Of a stretch of DNA of 64,000 nucleotides, positions 20,697 to 31,400 are shown in pieces. This DNA comes from an uncultured bacterium (lineage in GTDB: Bacteria; Chloroflexota; UBA5177; JANWHV01). The notes under the pieces are model-generated. The model had not been told where the DNA came from. It worked only from the letters and a program-made list of their open reading frames with translations, and ran no database searches. The DNA lies in the NCBI GenBank assembly GCA_963827235.1, contig CAWHAE010000009.1, forward strand, positions 672,001 to 736,000, given 5' to 3'. A program made the position numbers and the translations under genes. The stretch's first letter is position 1. Each line of letters opens with the position of its first letter.

Positions 20697-21596
20697 GTGA
20701 CGCTAACGACAAACCGTCCCTACGCCGGAGAAGCAGACTACCAGCGGATGCGCGATCTGCTCCTGGCTGTTTCGGCCCGGAGCGCACCCGCGGCCTACTG
20801 CACGGTCGGCGATCTGGACTGGTGGCGACATTTCGACGAGCCTGCCGCTATAGATCTGGCACACCTGTGGTTTGCCGGCGACGTGCTGGCCGGCTTTGCC
20901 TGGCCGAAAGACGATCAGGTCGATCTCCTGTCCCATCCGGAGCATCGAGGTGTCGAGGCAGCAATGCTGAGATGGGCGGAAACCGAACGGAGTGCAGCCG
21001 GGGCCGGGTCGGAGCCCGTTGTGCTGCGGGCTTGGGCCTACGGCGGCGACATCACGCGCACGGCGCTCCTGCGCGCGAACGGCTATGAGCGTACGGTGAC
21101 CTGCTTCGTGTGCCGCGCTCAGTCGTTGGACGCGCCGATTCCAGCAGCATCCTTGCCGCCGGGATACGCAATTCGCCATATGCGAGATCTCGCCGACGTG
21201 GAGGCACGCGTGGGTGTGCATCGGGCGGTGTTTACCAGGACCAGGCTGAGCGTTTCGAGGTACGGCGATCTGATGCGGGCACCGACCTATCGGGCGGACC
21301 TCGATCTCGTAGCAGTGGCACCGGACGGGACCTTCGGCGCCTTCGCGATTGTCTGGCTCGACACATTCAACCGGCTGGGCGTCTTCGAGCCGGTGGGCAC
21401 GCATCCGGCACACAGGCGACGAGGGCTTGGCCGTGCCCTTCTGCACGAGGGGCTGCGACGACTGCAAGATCTGGGTGCAGGCACGGCGCATGTGAACAGC
21501 CGGCACGACGATCCGGCCCCAAACTGCCTGTATGAGTCGGCTGGCTTCAGCCTGGTCGACCGCAACTACGCTTGGAGCAAGCTGCTGCGCGGCTAA
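20697..21596 (+). CDS. GNAT family N-acetyltransferase (two-domain)
   Basis: FEPVGTHPAHRRRGLGRALL and LYESAGF motifs. Confidence 0.9.
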   Translation: MTLTTNRPYAGEADYQRMRDLLLAVSARSAPAAYCTVGDLDWWRHFDEPAAIDLAHLWFAGDVLAGFAWPKDDQVDLLSHPEHRGVEAAMLRWAETERSAAGAGSEPVVLRAWAYGGDITRTALLRANGYERTVTCFVCRAQSLDAPIPAASLPPGYAIRHMRDLADVEARVGVHRAVFTRTRLSVSRYGDLMRAPTYRADLDLVAVAPDGTFGAFAIVWLDTFNRLGVFEPVGTHPAHRRRGLGRALLHEGLRRLQDLGAGTAHVNSRHDDPAPNCLYESAGFSLVDRNYAWSKLLRG

Positions 21597-21784
21597 CGCC
21601 CCCCGGGTGCCCTCGGCGCCGAAGGGCTGCGTAGAACGTGACCGCGTAGGGCATCCGTGCCATACCGCCGGATTTCACTGTCGAGCATGGCGGCGATGGC
21701 CTGTCACTGCTTGGCCGACATTGGGCAGCGTTGTCTGCGCCAAGAGCCCGGCAGCAGCGGCAGTCCGAGCGGAAGTCGTGCACG

Positions 21785-22927
21785 TCATCGTGGAGCTATT
21801 GAAGCCCGGGCCGGTGATTGGGCACGGCCGAACGACAGGCGTCGACTCAGCCAGAGCGCGACGTAGACCAATCCCACCAGGGCGGGCACCTCGATGAGCG
21901 GGCCGACCACGGCGGCGAGCGCCTGTCCGCTACCGATACCGAAGGCTCCGATGGCAACGGCGATGGCGAGCTCGAAGTTGTTGCCGGCCGCGGTGAACGA
22001 GAGGGTCGCCGTCTCGGGGTAGGTGAACCCAGCCCGCCGGCCCCACCAGAAGGAAGCGCCGAACATGAGGGCAAAGTAGACCAGGAGCGGCAGCGCGATG
22101 CGCGCGACATCCCTGGGCAGTGAGAGGATCGTGCCACCCTTGAGAGTGAACATCACCACGATCGAGTACAGCAACGCCAGCAGGGCGATCGGCGCGATTC
22201 GCGGCATGGCGACCTCGTCATACCACGCTTTCCCCTTTGCGCGAATGCCGCAGTAGCGCGTGAGGGCGCCGGCAACGAGCGGGATGCCCAGGAAGATGAG
22301 CACGCTGCGCGCGATGTCCGCGAAGCTGATGTGAATCGCCTGCGCCGCCCCCAGGTGCAGCCATGTCGGCAGCACACTGAGGAAGAAGTAGGCATAGAAG
22401 GCATAGGCGAGGATCTGGAAGACGCTGTTCAGGGCCACGAGCACCGCGGCATCCTCGCGGTCGCCGCCCGCGATCTGGTTCCACACCAGCACCATGGCGA
22501 TGCAGCGGGCGAGCCCTACCAGGATCAGCCCGGTGCGATACTGCGGCAGGTCAGGCAGGAAGATCCACGCCAGAGCGAACATCAGCAGCGGCCCCACCAG
22601 CCAGTTGAGCAGCAAGGACACGCCGAAAAGCTTGCCCGCGTGGCGCAGGCGGCCCAGCTCTTCGTAGTGCACTCGCGCCAGCACGGGGTACATCATCAGG
22701 ATCAGCCCAATGGCAATCGGCAGCGATACGGACGTCACCTGCAGCGAGTTCAGCCGGTTCGCCATACTGGGTACGGCGGCGCCCAACGCGAGGCCGGCGC
22801 CGACCGCGGCGAAGATCCAGACCGGGAGAAAACGGTCGAGCAGTGAGAGGTTTCCGACCACAGACCGCACGCTCACCGCCATCTGATCCGGCCGCGCGTC
22901 GTCCACCGCGAGTGTTGTTCTTGCCAT
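21785..22927 (-). CDS. acr3: Acr3 family arsenite efflux transporter
   Basis: GLARCIAMVLVWN, GNNFELAIAVA and GPLIEVP motifs. Confidence 0.96.
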   Translation of the reverse strand: MARTTLAVDDARPDQMAVSVRSVVGNLSLLDRFLPVWIFAAVGAGLALGAAVPSMANRLNSLQVTSVSLPIAIGLILMMYPVLARVHYEELGRLRHAGKLFGVSLLLNWLVGPLLMFALAWIFLPDLPQYRTGLILVGLARCIAMVLVWNQIAGGDREDAAVLVALNSVFQILAYAFYAYFFLSVLPTWLHLGAAQAIHISFADIARSVLIFLGIPLVAGALTRYCGIRAKGKAWYDEVAMPRIAPIALLALLYSIVVMFTLKGGTILSLPRDVARIALPLLVYFALMFGASFWWGRRAGFTYPETATLSFTAAGNNFELAIAVAIGAFGIGSGQALAAVVGPLIEVPALVGLVYVALWLSRRLSFGRAQSPARASIAPR

Positions 22928-22934
22928 GTGCTAT

Positions 22935-22950
22935 ATCAACCTTCATTGAT
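22935..22950. promoter_or_regulatory. Putative ArsR operator upstream of acr3
   Basis: ATCAA-N6-TTGAT inverted repeat; a matching TCAA-N6-TTGA lies at 23380-23393. Confidence 0.65.
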
Positions 22951-23006
22951 GTGTTGCGCGCATCTCCGCCATCATGCCGGCCGGCAGGCGCGCCGGCTTT
23001 TCATAG

Positions 23007-23372
23007 CTAGGTACCGCCTCCATCGCCCGCGGTGCTGCCGCAGACCGGGACTCTCGTTCCCACGTGTGATGGATGGAAAGCTGCGTCCAGATCGCGCCAC
23101 AGCGTCGCGAGCTGCTCGGCGTCGACCGTGTAGTGGATCCAGCGTGCGTCGTGGGCGTCCCGCCGCTCGCGCACGATCCCAGCCTCTCGGAGCTTGCGGA
23201 TGTGGTGGGATACCAGGTTCTGCGGCAGATCCAGCGCAGCCGCCAACTCGCAGTTGCAGGTCTCGCCCCGCATCAAGAGCAGGAAGATCTGGCGCCGCGT
23301 GGGATCGGCGAGCAGCCGCAAGAAGTCGGCGGTGAGCGGAGCCACGTCGGGCACGCGCTCGGGCGCGTGCAT
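23007..23372 (-). CDS. arsR: ArsR/SmtB family regulator
   Basis: LADPTRRQI, CNCEL metalloid-binding motif, VSHHIRKLREAG. Confidence 0.92.
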   Translation of the reverse strand: MHAPERVPDVAPLTADFLRLLADPTRRQIFLLLMRGETCNCELAAALDLPQNLVSHHIRKLREAGIVRERRDAHDARWIHYTVDAEQLATLWRDLDAAFHPSHVGTRVPVCGSTAGDGGGT

Positions 23373-23379
23373 GAGTAGT

Positions 23380-23394
23380 TCAACGACCATTGAT
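23380..23394. promoter_or_regulatory. Putative ArsR operator between divergent arsR and arsC
   Basis: TCAA-CGACCA-TTGAT, same geometry as 22935-22950. Confidence 0.6.
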
Positions 23395-23425
23395 GTACCT
23401 CACGTCCGCATGATACCATGAACAC

Positions 23426-23836
23426 ATGGGTAAGCAACGCGTGCTCTTTCTCTGTACCCACAACTCGGCCCGCAGCCAGATGGCAGAGGCCCTGCTGCGC
23501 GCGCTGGCCGGCGAGCGTTTCGAAGCGTGTTCGGCGGGCACACAGGCGACTCAGGTGCGCCCGCTTGCCGTGCAAGCTATGCAGGAGATCGGCGTGGACA
23601 TCTCAGGGCAGGAGAGCAAGACGCTGGACCGCTACCTGGGCGAGCCGTTCGACGCGGTGATTACCGTCTGCGACGATGCCAACGAGAGCTGCCCCGTGTT
23701 TACCGGCGCGCGAGTACGCTTGCACTGGAGCTTCCCCGATCCCTCGCGCGCCGGCGGCAGCGAGGCGGAGCAGCTGGCCGCCTACCGCAACGTGCGCGAC
23801 GCCATCCGCGCACGGATCGCAGCGGAGTTGCTCTGA
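23426..23836 (+). CDS. arsC: Arsenate reductase (LMW-PTP fold, thioredoxin type)
   Basis: CTHNSARSQMAE P-loop, CDDANESCP resolving cysteines, HWSFPDP. Confidence 0.92.
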   Translation: MGKQRVLFLCTHNSARSQMAEALLRALAGERFEACSAGTQATQVRPLAVQAMQEIGVDISGQESKTLDRYLGEPFDAVITVCDDANESCPVFTGARVRLHWSFPDPSRAGGSEAEQLAAYRNVRDAIRARIAAELL

Positions 23837-23990
23837 CTTTCGGGTCGGGACCTGGAGTACGGCCCAGCGGCCTCCGCGTACATCGGGGTGCTGGCAAGCT
23901 ACGTCGCAGCGAAGCAGCCCGCACACCGCCGGACGAGCGCTGCCAAGCGTCCCGTTGCGCAGGGCTCGACCAAGCTGTACTGTAGGGCCG

Positions 23991-24731
23991 ATGAGCAGCC
24001 CAGTATCCCGTTCGCCGCAGGCCACAAACGGGTATGCGGTATTCCTGCCGGCTACCGCTACCGGCAACTCGTCCTCTACGGGTACCACCGGCAGCGGAAC
24101 GACCGCCGTTGCTGGCGGCAGCTCTCCCGGCACGTCCGGCACCGCCGTGCCGCCGGCCGCCGCTGCGCCCGCCGCCATATCGAGCATTGGCAGGTCGTCG
24201 GACGCGACCACTACGTCCTGCGGGACCCCGGGTAGCGCGTCGAGCACTGCCAAGACGGCCGGCAGCACCGGCGCCGCGTCCTCAACGGGGACAGGTACTT
24301 CGAGCAGTACGTCGCCCGACGTCGCTCGCGTGATCGCCCAGTTGCAAGCCCGGGACACGCACGTGCGCGCACACGAAGCAGCGCACATCGCCGCCGGCGG
24401 CGCCTTCGTGCATGGCGGCGCCACCTATACCTACGAGCGCGGTCCGGACGGCAAGGAGTATGCCATCGGCGGCGAGGTCAGCATCGACGTCTCGCCCGTC
24501 GCGAACAACCCCCGCGCCACGATCCAGAAGATGGAGACTGTGCACGCCGCCGCGCTCGCTCCCTCGGATCCATCGGCCGCAGACCTGGGCGTGGCCGCGG
24601 AAGCGATCCAGATCGAAGCCCAAGCCCAGGCCCAGCTCACCGCGCAGCAGGCAGGCCAGGTTGCCGGCGCCTACGCCGCCGTCTCCCAGCCCGTGGAGGC
24701 GACCGGATCGCTCGTCAACGCCCAGGCCTGA
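23991..24731 (+). CDS. SprA-related family protein (putative metalloprotease)
   Basis: RDTHVRAHEAAH, YERGPDGKEYAIGGEVSID, AALAPSDPSAAD after a Ser/Thr/Gly-rich N-terminus. Start uncertain. Confidence 0.8.
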   Translation: MSSPVSRSPQATNGYAVFLPATATGNSSSTGTTGSGTTAVAGGSSPGTSGTAVPPAAAAPAAISSIGRSSDATTTSCGTPGSASSTAKTAGSTGAASSTGTGTSSSTSPDVARVIAQLQARDTHVRAHEAAHIAAGGAFVHGGATYTYERGPDGKEYAIGGEVSIDVSPVANNPRATIQKMETVHAAALAPSDPSAADLGVAAEAIQIEAQAQAQLTAQQAGQVAGAYAAVSQPVEATGSLVNAQA

Positions 24732-25094
24732 TCACCTGCTCTAAGCGGCATCGAGCCGGGACAAGAGCGCGCCTTGCAAGCGGCGCAGGCACGCCGCTTG
24801 CTGCCGGGTGCCGATCCGCCATGGCTACCAGGAGGAGAGCCGGCAGCCAATTACCGGTCATCCCTGCAATGCCGCCGATGCCAAACATCGGGCCGGTGCG
24901 GAATACGTCGGCGTACAACTCACGGGCGCGCACGATCGAGACCAGGTGTCCACTACGACGTGCACGACGGACTGCCGATCCGCCGAAGTCCTCAGTGGCT
25001 CGACGGACGGCAGGTGGTGCTGCGATGTCGCATCGGTGCCACGTCACGTCGGGTGCATGGCGGGCTGTCTCAACCGTGCGGCACTGCTGCCATG

Positions 25095-26837
25095 TCAGCA
25101 ATCATCGGGCACGCCGTACTCCGCGGGCAGATCAGTGATCAGGCCGCGACCAGCCGGACCGTATTCGAAGGCGAAACGCACTCCCGGGTTGAGCACCTGT
25201 TCCAGCATTCGGATCTTACCCATGTCAACGCGATAGATCGGAGCGTACGGGCAGGTTGCCAGGCTTCGCCCGCTCGGCGTCACCGCACCGCCGGCAAGGT
25301 GGGCGGCCAACTCGTCGGCATAGCGCACCTCTACCGCGGTGAGAGCCCACCCTCTGGCTTCCCACCAGGTCACAAGCTCGCATTCTGCCTGATCCTCCAG
25401 CCCGGCGCGGCGCAGCCGGTGACGCGCGCCCTTGCTACTGAGCAACCACCGATCTGCCCGGTCGACGTGCCTGCCTGGCTTTGGGGTCGCTAGGCCGGCG
25501 GGCTCCACCGTCGGGGCAGTGCCAAGCAGCGCCTGCTCAGCCCGGCCACTGTGTGCTGTCTCCGCGGGCAACGTCGCGGGCGCCGCAGGCCTGCCGATCT
25601 CTGGCATGGCGCGTGCAGCGTGGCCTTCCGCGGTCCGCTGGTCGCCGGCCGGCTGCGGGGCATGTCTCTCCGTGCTGGACGACGCAGCATCGAAGGCGCC
25701 GCCGATTTGTGGCATCGCGCGTTCAGCGTGGCCCTCCGCGGTCAGCGGGCCGCCGGCCGGCTGCGGATTACGCCTCTCCGTGCTGGACGACACAGCATCG
25801 GAGGCATCCCCGATCCGCGGCAGAAGCCGCGATGCGTCGGCGGGCGACGGGCCAGCCGATGCTCCCGCATGCCACGCCGGCATGGCGGTGGGTCGGATCG
25901 CGATCTCGGGCAATGCGCGCGGCGGCTCCGGCGGTTCTGGTTGTTCCGGTGCGGGCGGCTGCTTTACCGATCCGGCCGCGCCTGCGGCAATCTCGCCGGA
26001 CTGCACGGGCGATGCCTGCCGCTGGTCAGAGCGCGTGGCGATCGCCAGTTGGTGCGCGACGCCGGGCAGCAGGCTGGGTGCGGCGAGCTGCTGTCCGCAC
26101 GTGAGCAGCGTCGTGAGCACGGTCCACAGCTCGATCGCCAGGTCATAGAGGGCGGCCTCCTCCGGGCTCTGGCCGTGGAAGAGGGAGATGGCGCGCATCT
26201 CGCAGGCATCCAGACGAGATTGCATGGCGGCAAGCTCGCCTTGCAACCCGGAATATGCAGTCTGGAGCCAGGGCGGTGTCGAGGCGTGGGCAAAGAATAC
26301 CTGATAGTCCGCGGCCAACACCAGCACCGAGCCTGCCACGCTCTTTACCCCGGCAAGGATGCCGCGCACGTACGGTGTCGATACACGCTCCGTTTGCAAT
26401 CCGCTATTTGCACCGGACTGCGACCCGGGCAGCAGCGGCAAGGTGAGCGTCGATCGGCGATGCGGATCGGCCAGCAGGCCGCTCAGCTCGCTCTGCAACG
26501 TCTCGACCGGCTCCAGCAAGGCGAGCATGTCGGCGCGCGCAAGCGCCGACATGCTCGCCTTCCTTTCCGGATGGTTGGTCGCCTCGGCGTCGGCGAGACA
26601 CTGAGCCAGAGTCACCAACCAGTCCGCCAGCCAGAGTGGTGCGGCGAGTGGAGAGAGCACAATGGGCACGCGCCAGGGCTCTTTCACCCAGGCAATCTCG
26701 GCCTCGAGCCGGCGGTCCGCTAACTGGGTTCTGAAGCCGGTCAGTTGCGTTGTTGCGGCTAGACGAGCCAGTACGTCGGAGCCGTCGACCGCGCCTTCAA
26801 GGGCATTCCTGATCTTCTCCGTCCACGATTTTGCCAC
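25095..26837 (-). CDS. Hypothetical protein (helical N-terminal domain, repeat-containing Pro/Ala linker, C-terminal domain)
   Basis: 580-aa ORF with GGGGAG RBS; co-oriented downstream of the vWA gene. Confidence 0.7.
   Translation of the reverse strand: MAKSWTEKIRNALEGAVDGSDVLARLAATTQLTGFRTQLADRRLEAEIAWVKEPWRVPIVLSPLAAPLWLADWLVTLAQCLADAEATNHPERKASMSALARADMLALLEPVETLQSELSGLLADPHRRSTLTLPLLPGSQSGANSGLQTERVSTPYVRGILAGVKSVAGSVLVLAADYQVFFAHASTPPWLQTAYSGLQGELAAMQSRLDACEMRAISLFHGQSPEEAALYDLAIELWTVLTTLLTCGQQLAAPSLLPGVAHQLAIATRSDQRQASPVQSGEIAAGAAGSVKQPPAPEQPEPPEPPRALPEIAIRPTAMPAWHAGASAGPSPADASRLLPRIGDASDAVSSSTERRNPQPAGGPLTAEGHAERAMPQIGGAFDAASSSTERHAPQPAGDQRTAEGHAARAMPEIGRPAAPATLPAETAHSGRAEQALLGTAPTVEPAGLATPKPGRHVDRADRWLLSSKGARHRLRRAGLEDQAECELVTWWEARGWALTAVEVRYADELAAHLAGGAVTPSGRSLATCPYAPIYRVDMGKIRMLEQVLNPGVRFAFEYGPAGRGLITDLPAEYGVPDDC
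25593..25822. repeat. 108-bp intragenic tandem repeat (about 2.1 copies)
   Basis: Encodes P.IG.A.DA.SSSTER..PQPAG...TAEGHA.RAM twice. Confidence 0.8.
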
Positions 26838-26990
26838 GAGTTGTCTCCCCAGCAGCGTGCTCGCGAAGAGGGCCTAGCTCTCCACGAGTCCTCTGTGGCC
26901 TGCCCAACCTTGAGAGACTGAATCCTGCGCCGGCCGGCGGCTGCCATGGCCTGTGCTTACAACTGACACACGGATCGTCGCGCCTCGAGC

Positions 26991-27629
26991 CTACTCGATC
27001 ATGCGTAGCAGCGCGTCCGCAATGACCTGGGGGTTGGTCTCGCCGGCGAACGTGAGGGTCTTGACGTGCGCGTTGTTGGCCTCGATACTCTTGTAGGCCG
27101 CCAGCGCGCGATCGTGCTCGGCACCAAAGCCCACCAAGGCGACCACGATGTAGACGCCTCCGCTCGCGGCGCTGATGGCCTGGGCAAAGCGATCGGTGTC
27201 GTCGGCCTCGCCATCCGTGATCACCAGGGCGAGCAGCAGCGGTCGCTCCGCCGGTGGCTTCTGGCCGAACTCGTCCTGGTAGGTGTCGATCAGGGTGTTC
27301 CAGCCCGGCATGACGCGTGTGCCGCCCGCCCAGCGTATGTCCCCCCACTTCTGCGCCAGGTTGTTGGGGTTCAGGTCGCCCAGATCCACCGCTCGGCCAT
27401 CCGCGAAGGTGACGGTGCGCAGGCCACCGCCCTCCTCTTCGCCTGCCGCCTGCGAATCCTCGGCAGCAAGCGCATCCACGATCAGGCTGATCGCCTCCCG
27501 GATCGTGTCCTTCCGCGGCGTCTGATCGTTGGCACTGGTCGGGTAGTTCATGCTACCGGTGGTATCCAGCAGCAGCATCGGTTCCTTCTCCACCTCGGGG
27601 GCACCGGGAGTTTGGGCTTCTGAAGTCAT
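26991..27629 (-). CDS. von Willebrand factor A domain protein
   Basis: MIDAS-like LLLDTTGSM, GGT, VITDGE; GGAAGGAG RBS. Confidence 0.85.
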   Translation of the reverse strand: MTSEAQTPGAPEVEKEPMLLLDTTGSMNYPTSANDQTPRKDTIREAISLIVDALAAEDSQAAGEEEGGGLRTVTFADGRAVDLGDLNPNNLAQKWGDIRWAGGTRVMPGWNTLIDTYQDEFGQKPPAERPLLLALVITDGEADDTDRFAQAISAASGGVYIVVALVGFGAEHDRALAAYKSIEANNAHVKTLTFAGETNPQVIADALLRMIE

Positions 27630-27759
27630 CTCGCTCGCTCCTTCCAACGCTCTACCGAACATGTGTGGACTCTAGCCTTCTGCAGCGTAGCCCAGCTTGG
27701 AGCACGGCGCAACGGGGTCGGCGCCGGTCCATCAATTCTGGGCCAGACTGCCTGAAGTG

Positions 27760-27973
27760 ATCCTCTCCCAGCCGAGCGATGTCGGTCTCACGGCGCGACT
27801 CGCTGCCGTGCAGCACGCGTATAAAGGCAGCGATACTGCCGGCCTCGCCCGGTCGAACTGTCGTGCAAGCAGCCTTCGAGAGTGCGTTCGCAAAGCTCTG
27901 CTATTTCCATCGCCGGTTCAAAGCCGCCAATGGATTAACGCCAGCCGATTTCCGGCGGCAGCCGGCTGGATGA
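27760..27973 (+). pseudogene. AraC family HTH remnant
   Basis: VVQAAFESAFAKLCYFHRRFKAANGLTPADFR resembles the AraC C-terminal HTH. Confidence 0.6.
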
Positions 27974-28428
27974 CAGCGCCCAGGTCCATGGCGGCGGTCC
28001 CGGCCGACTGTTGAATCCGAGGCACGCACGGGGGCACTTTGAGCCCCCAAGTCGGGCCATTCGGCCCTCCATTTCCTGGGCCGAGTGTACTATCATGCCC
28101 GCGCGTGAGTGAGATGCACGCCTGCCGTGGATGCGATGACCCGCAGCCTTGGACAGGAACCGACGCCTCAAGACTCGAGAGTGATAGAGCTCCACTCCCA
28201 CTCTTCCGACGCCCGCTCTTGCCTGGCCACCCTAGACTGCCGCGAGCAACTGGTGAAACCGGCCACGACCGTGAGGTTATGTGCCGGTTTCTCGCGTCTC
28301 ACGCAGGGAGGTACGCGGAGCGAGCGACCAGGCATCTGCCGCGCGTGCGGATCTGAAGCGCTCAGATAGTTCCTGCCTTCTGCTTCTCGAGCCCTTCGAT
28401 AGCGTAATGCGTGCGGAGGTAAACAGCG

Positions 28429-31400
28429 ATGCGCAGTATGCTTCGTTTTGGATCCGGCCCCGCCGGTCGAGCCCTGCGACGATGGATACCCATCCTCGTG
28501 ATGCTGGCAGCCATCCTACCACCAACAAGCAGCGAAGCGCATGCGAGCCGCACCGCCGGCTGCAAGCAGGGCGGCTGCCCAGCCGTACAACCAGCGACCA
28601 CACAACCGTCGACCGTATCGAGCCGCGCAGCAGGCTCAACGGCAGCTCCCAATACTACCCTCGACGTGGCCGACGGATACATCCAGGTTCAGGCTCCCAA
28701 TAACCTGCGCATCATCGGCCCATCGTACAGCACAACCATCCAGGCAGGCGACAACAGTGCAAGCCAATTCTTCAGTCCCGGATTCGGCTCCGTGATGCTC
28801 GATGCCGGCGCGCGACTCAACCTCACCGTACTCGATACCAACGGCAATAGAGGGACCTATACAGCGATCGTCACGCCCTCCACGTACGTAGCCAAGGACG
28901 GACGCGTCTACCTCAAGGGCAGCGGGTACCTAGGCAGCGGCTCCCGCGAACCGCTGGCCATCAAGTATTATCCGTCAGGATCTAGCATAGGCAATCTCCA
29001 GTATTGGGTGGCTGAAGTCACCAATCTGGATACGCAAGACGTCCATCTCACCATCGATATGACTCAGGGACCTACCAACTTCACCAATGGACGTTACCAG
29101 AACGTCGGCAACGGCAGCGGCGATAACTTCGTCATCGACGCCGCAAACAGCTACCTGAGAATCAACGACACCGGCATTGCCAACATGTACATAGGTATGA
29201 AGCCGCTGAATACACCGACGAGGCACTTTCAGGTGTCCAGCTCGTGGATGGACGACTCTAGCTACATCAGCACCAATCACAAACTGAGCGATACCGTATC
29301 CCAATCCTCCAGCGGCTATGGTGACTACGTCTATCTCCAAAGCGGGGACCTTGCTTCAGGATCAGCAAGTACAACCACCATCACTCCAGGTGCCACGGCG
29401 ACGTTCGCCTGGGCAATAGGTTACGCGACGACTCAAGCGGCGCTCACCACGCTCATGAACGGCAGTGACGCGCAGTTTGGCTCTGACTTAGGTGCCTATA
29501 GAGCACTAGCCGCCAACACAGTGATGACGGTGACCACACCGTACGCAAGCTTCAACTATCTGCTCGAGTCGATGATGAGGACAGAGCTCTATAGCTCCAA
29601 GCTCATGCAGGTGCATGGGTATCAGGCGCCGCCCGCAGGAGCATACACGTTCTTCACACCCTTCGCACGCGACGGCTACTACGCGGCACTCAGCAATGGC
29701 CAGGCAGGCAATACCAGCTCTATCAGAGACCAATTCAATCTCTTTAGGAGCATAGAGAATGCCAACCACAGCCAGCAGCATGAAGCCGGCTACTACGTCA
29801 ACTCCAATGGCATGTACTTTGCGTATGGCAACAACGGATCTCCCGGCGATCAGGATATGTATCAGATTCTGGAAGCGTATGAATACTACGTTCGTACCGG
29901 AGACAAGCCCTTCCTGACGGCAAACATATCCTACCTGGACAACATAGGAGACTACCTTGTCGGCTACTATAACACCAATATAAGCACGGATGGGCTATTC
30001 GAGTCAGCAGGGTGCGCGACATATCTAGACGGCAATGGAAATCTGACCGGTAGATCTCCCGTCGTGGATCCGATCATGAACGCACTGTTTGCCTATACCA
30101 TGAACCGGCTATCGGAATTGAATGCGATCACAGGAGATACTTCCAGGGCCAGTACGTACGCCGCTGTCGCCACCAAGATAACCCAGAACTACTCCAAGCT
30201 CTTTCTCCCCTCGACAAACTGGCTACTGTTCAACAGAACGCCTGATGGTCTCACGACCTACTCGAACGAGGCGCTGACCAAGATAGATGCATTGATATTC
30301 GACGCACTGACGGATACGACAGAACAGCAGGCAATGGTGACTAACGTACTGGGAGCTACATGGTGGGACTCGACCAATGAGGCTTTCTATGAGACGCCAA
30401 CGAACGATAGTCTGTTTAGTCCTGGCTCGTACTGGTACGGTCCCGGATGGAACTTGACCGACTACAAGGCATTCTCCGCCATATTCAGATACGGAACGAC
30501 GGCCCAGGCGCAGGCGGCGTGGTCACGCTTGCAGCTTCACACGGATCGAGTGATCGCCTCGCAGTACGGCAATCCGGGTGAGCACAGCGGAGACAATGGC
30601 CTGTTCGACTTTAGCCTATCGGCGGTAGAGATGGTAACTAGAGGCTTGTTCGGCATCGACGCGCATAGCACGTATTTGACTGCTTCGCCCAATACGTGGA
30701 AGATAGGTGCCGGATCGACCTGGTCATTGAGTAACTATACGGCCGGCGGTCATTACTATAGCTTCACGGTGAGTGGCGACGGCCCGCAGCAGACGACGTA
30801 CCTTGATGGCGTTCTCCAGTCGTCGAACAGGCTCTATTACGATGGCAGCGATCATACTGTAGCGATCGTGATGTCGGCTACTACAATCTCGCCCACGCCG
30901 ACTGCAGCGTCCGCCTCGGCGACACCGACTACTACTCTCGCCTCGTCCACCCCGACCGCGGGGTCCGCCTCGTCCACCCCGACTGTGCCGCCTGCGTCGC
31001 CCACGCCGACTTCCGTACCCGTTTCGCCCACGCCGACTGCCACGGCGGCGGGCGGGATCGTGACCTTGGGAGGGCTCAATCTGGATGGATTCTGCCGCGC
31101 TCAGGGCTTAGGTAGCAATGCCTCGCTCGTCAATGGAGTGTGGTACTGCTCGAGCACGAGGATCGACATGGTCTCGGCCTGCAAATGGCAGTATCCGTCG
31201 GCGCAGAACGTTACCGCAGCTGAAGCTCAGAACGGCAATGCCTATACTTGGACGTGCTACGGGGGCGCCGTAGCGTCTTCCCCCACGCCGACCGCGGCCA
31301 CTCCCTCCGGCACGGCAACTTCCACACCAACAGGGAGTGCACAGAGAGTGACGTCGTTCGGGCTCTATAACGCTACGACCAATCAACCGATAGCCGGATA

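Noticed and set aside
21590-21660. Integron attC site after the GNAT gene (GGCTAAC at the stop)
   Set aside because: No matching GTTRRRY or attC-like palindrome, no integrase, and neighbouring genes are not uniformly oriented.
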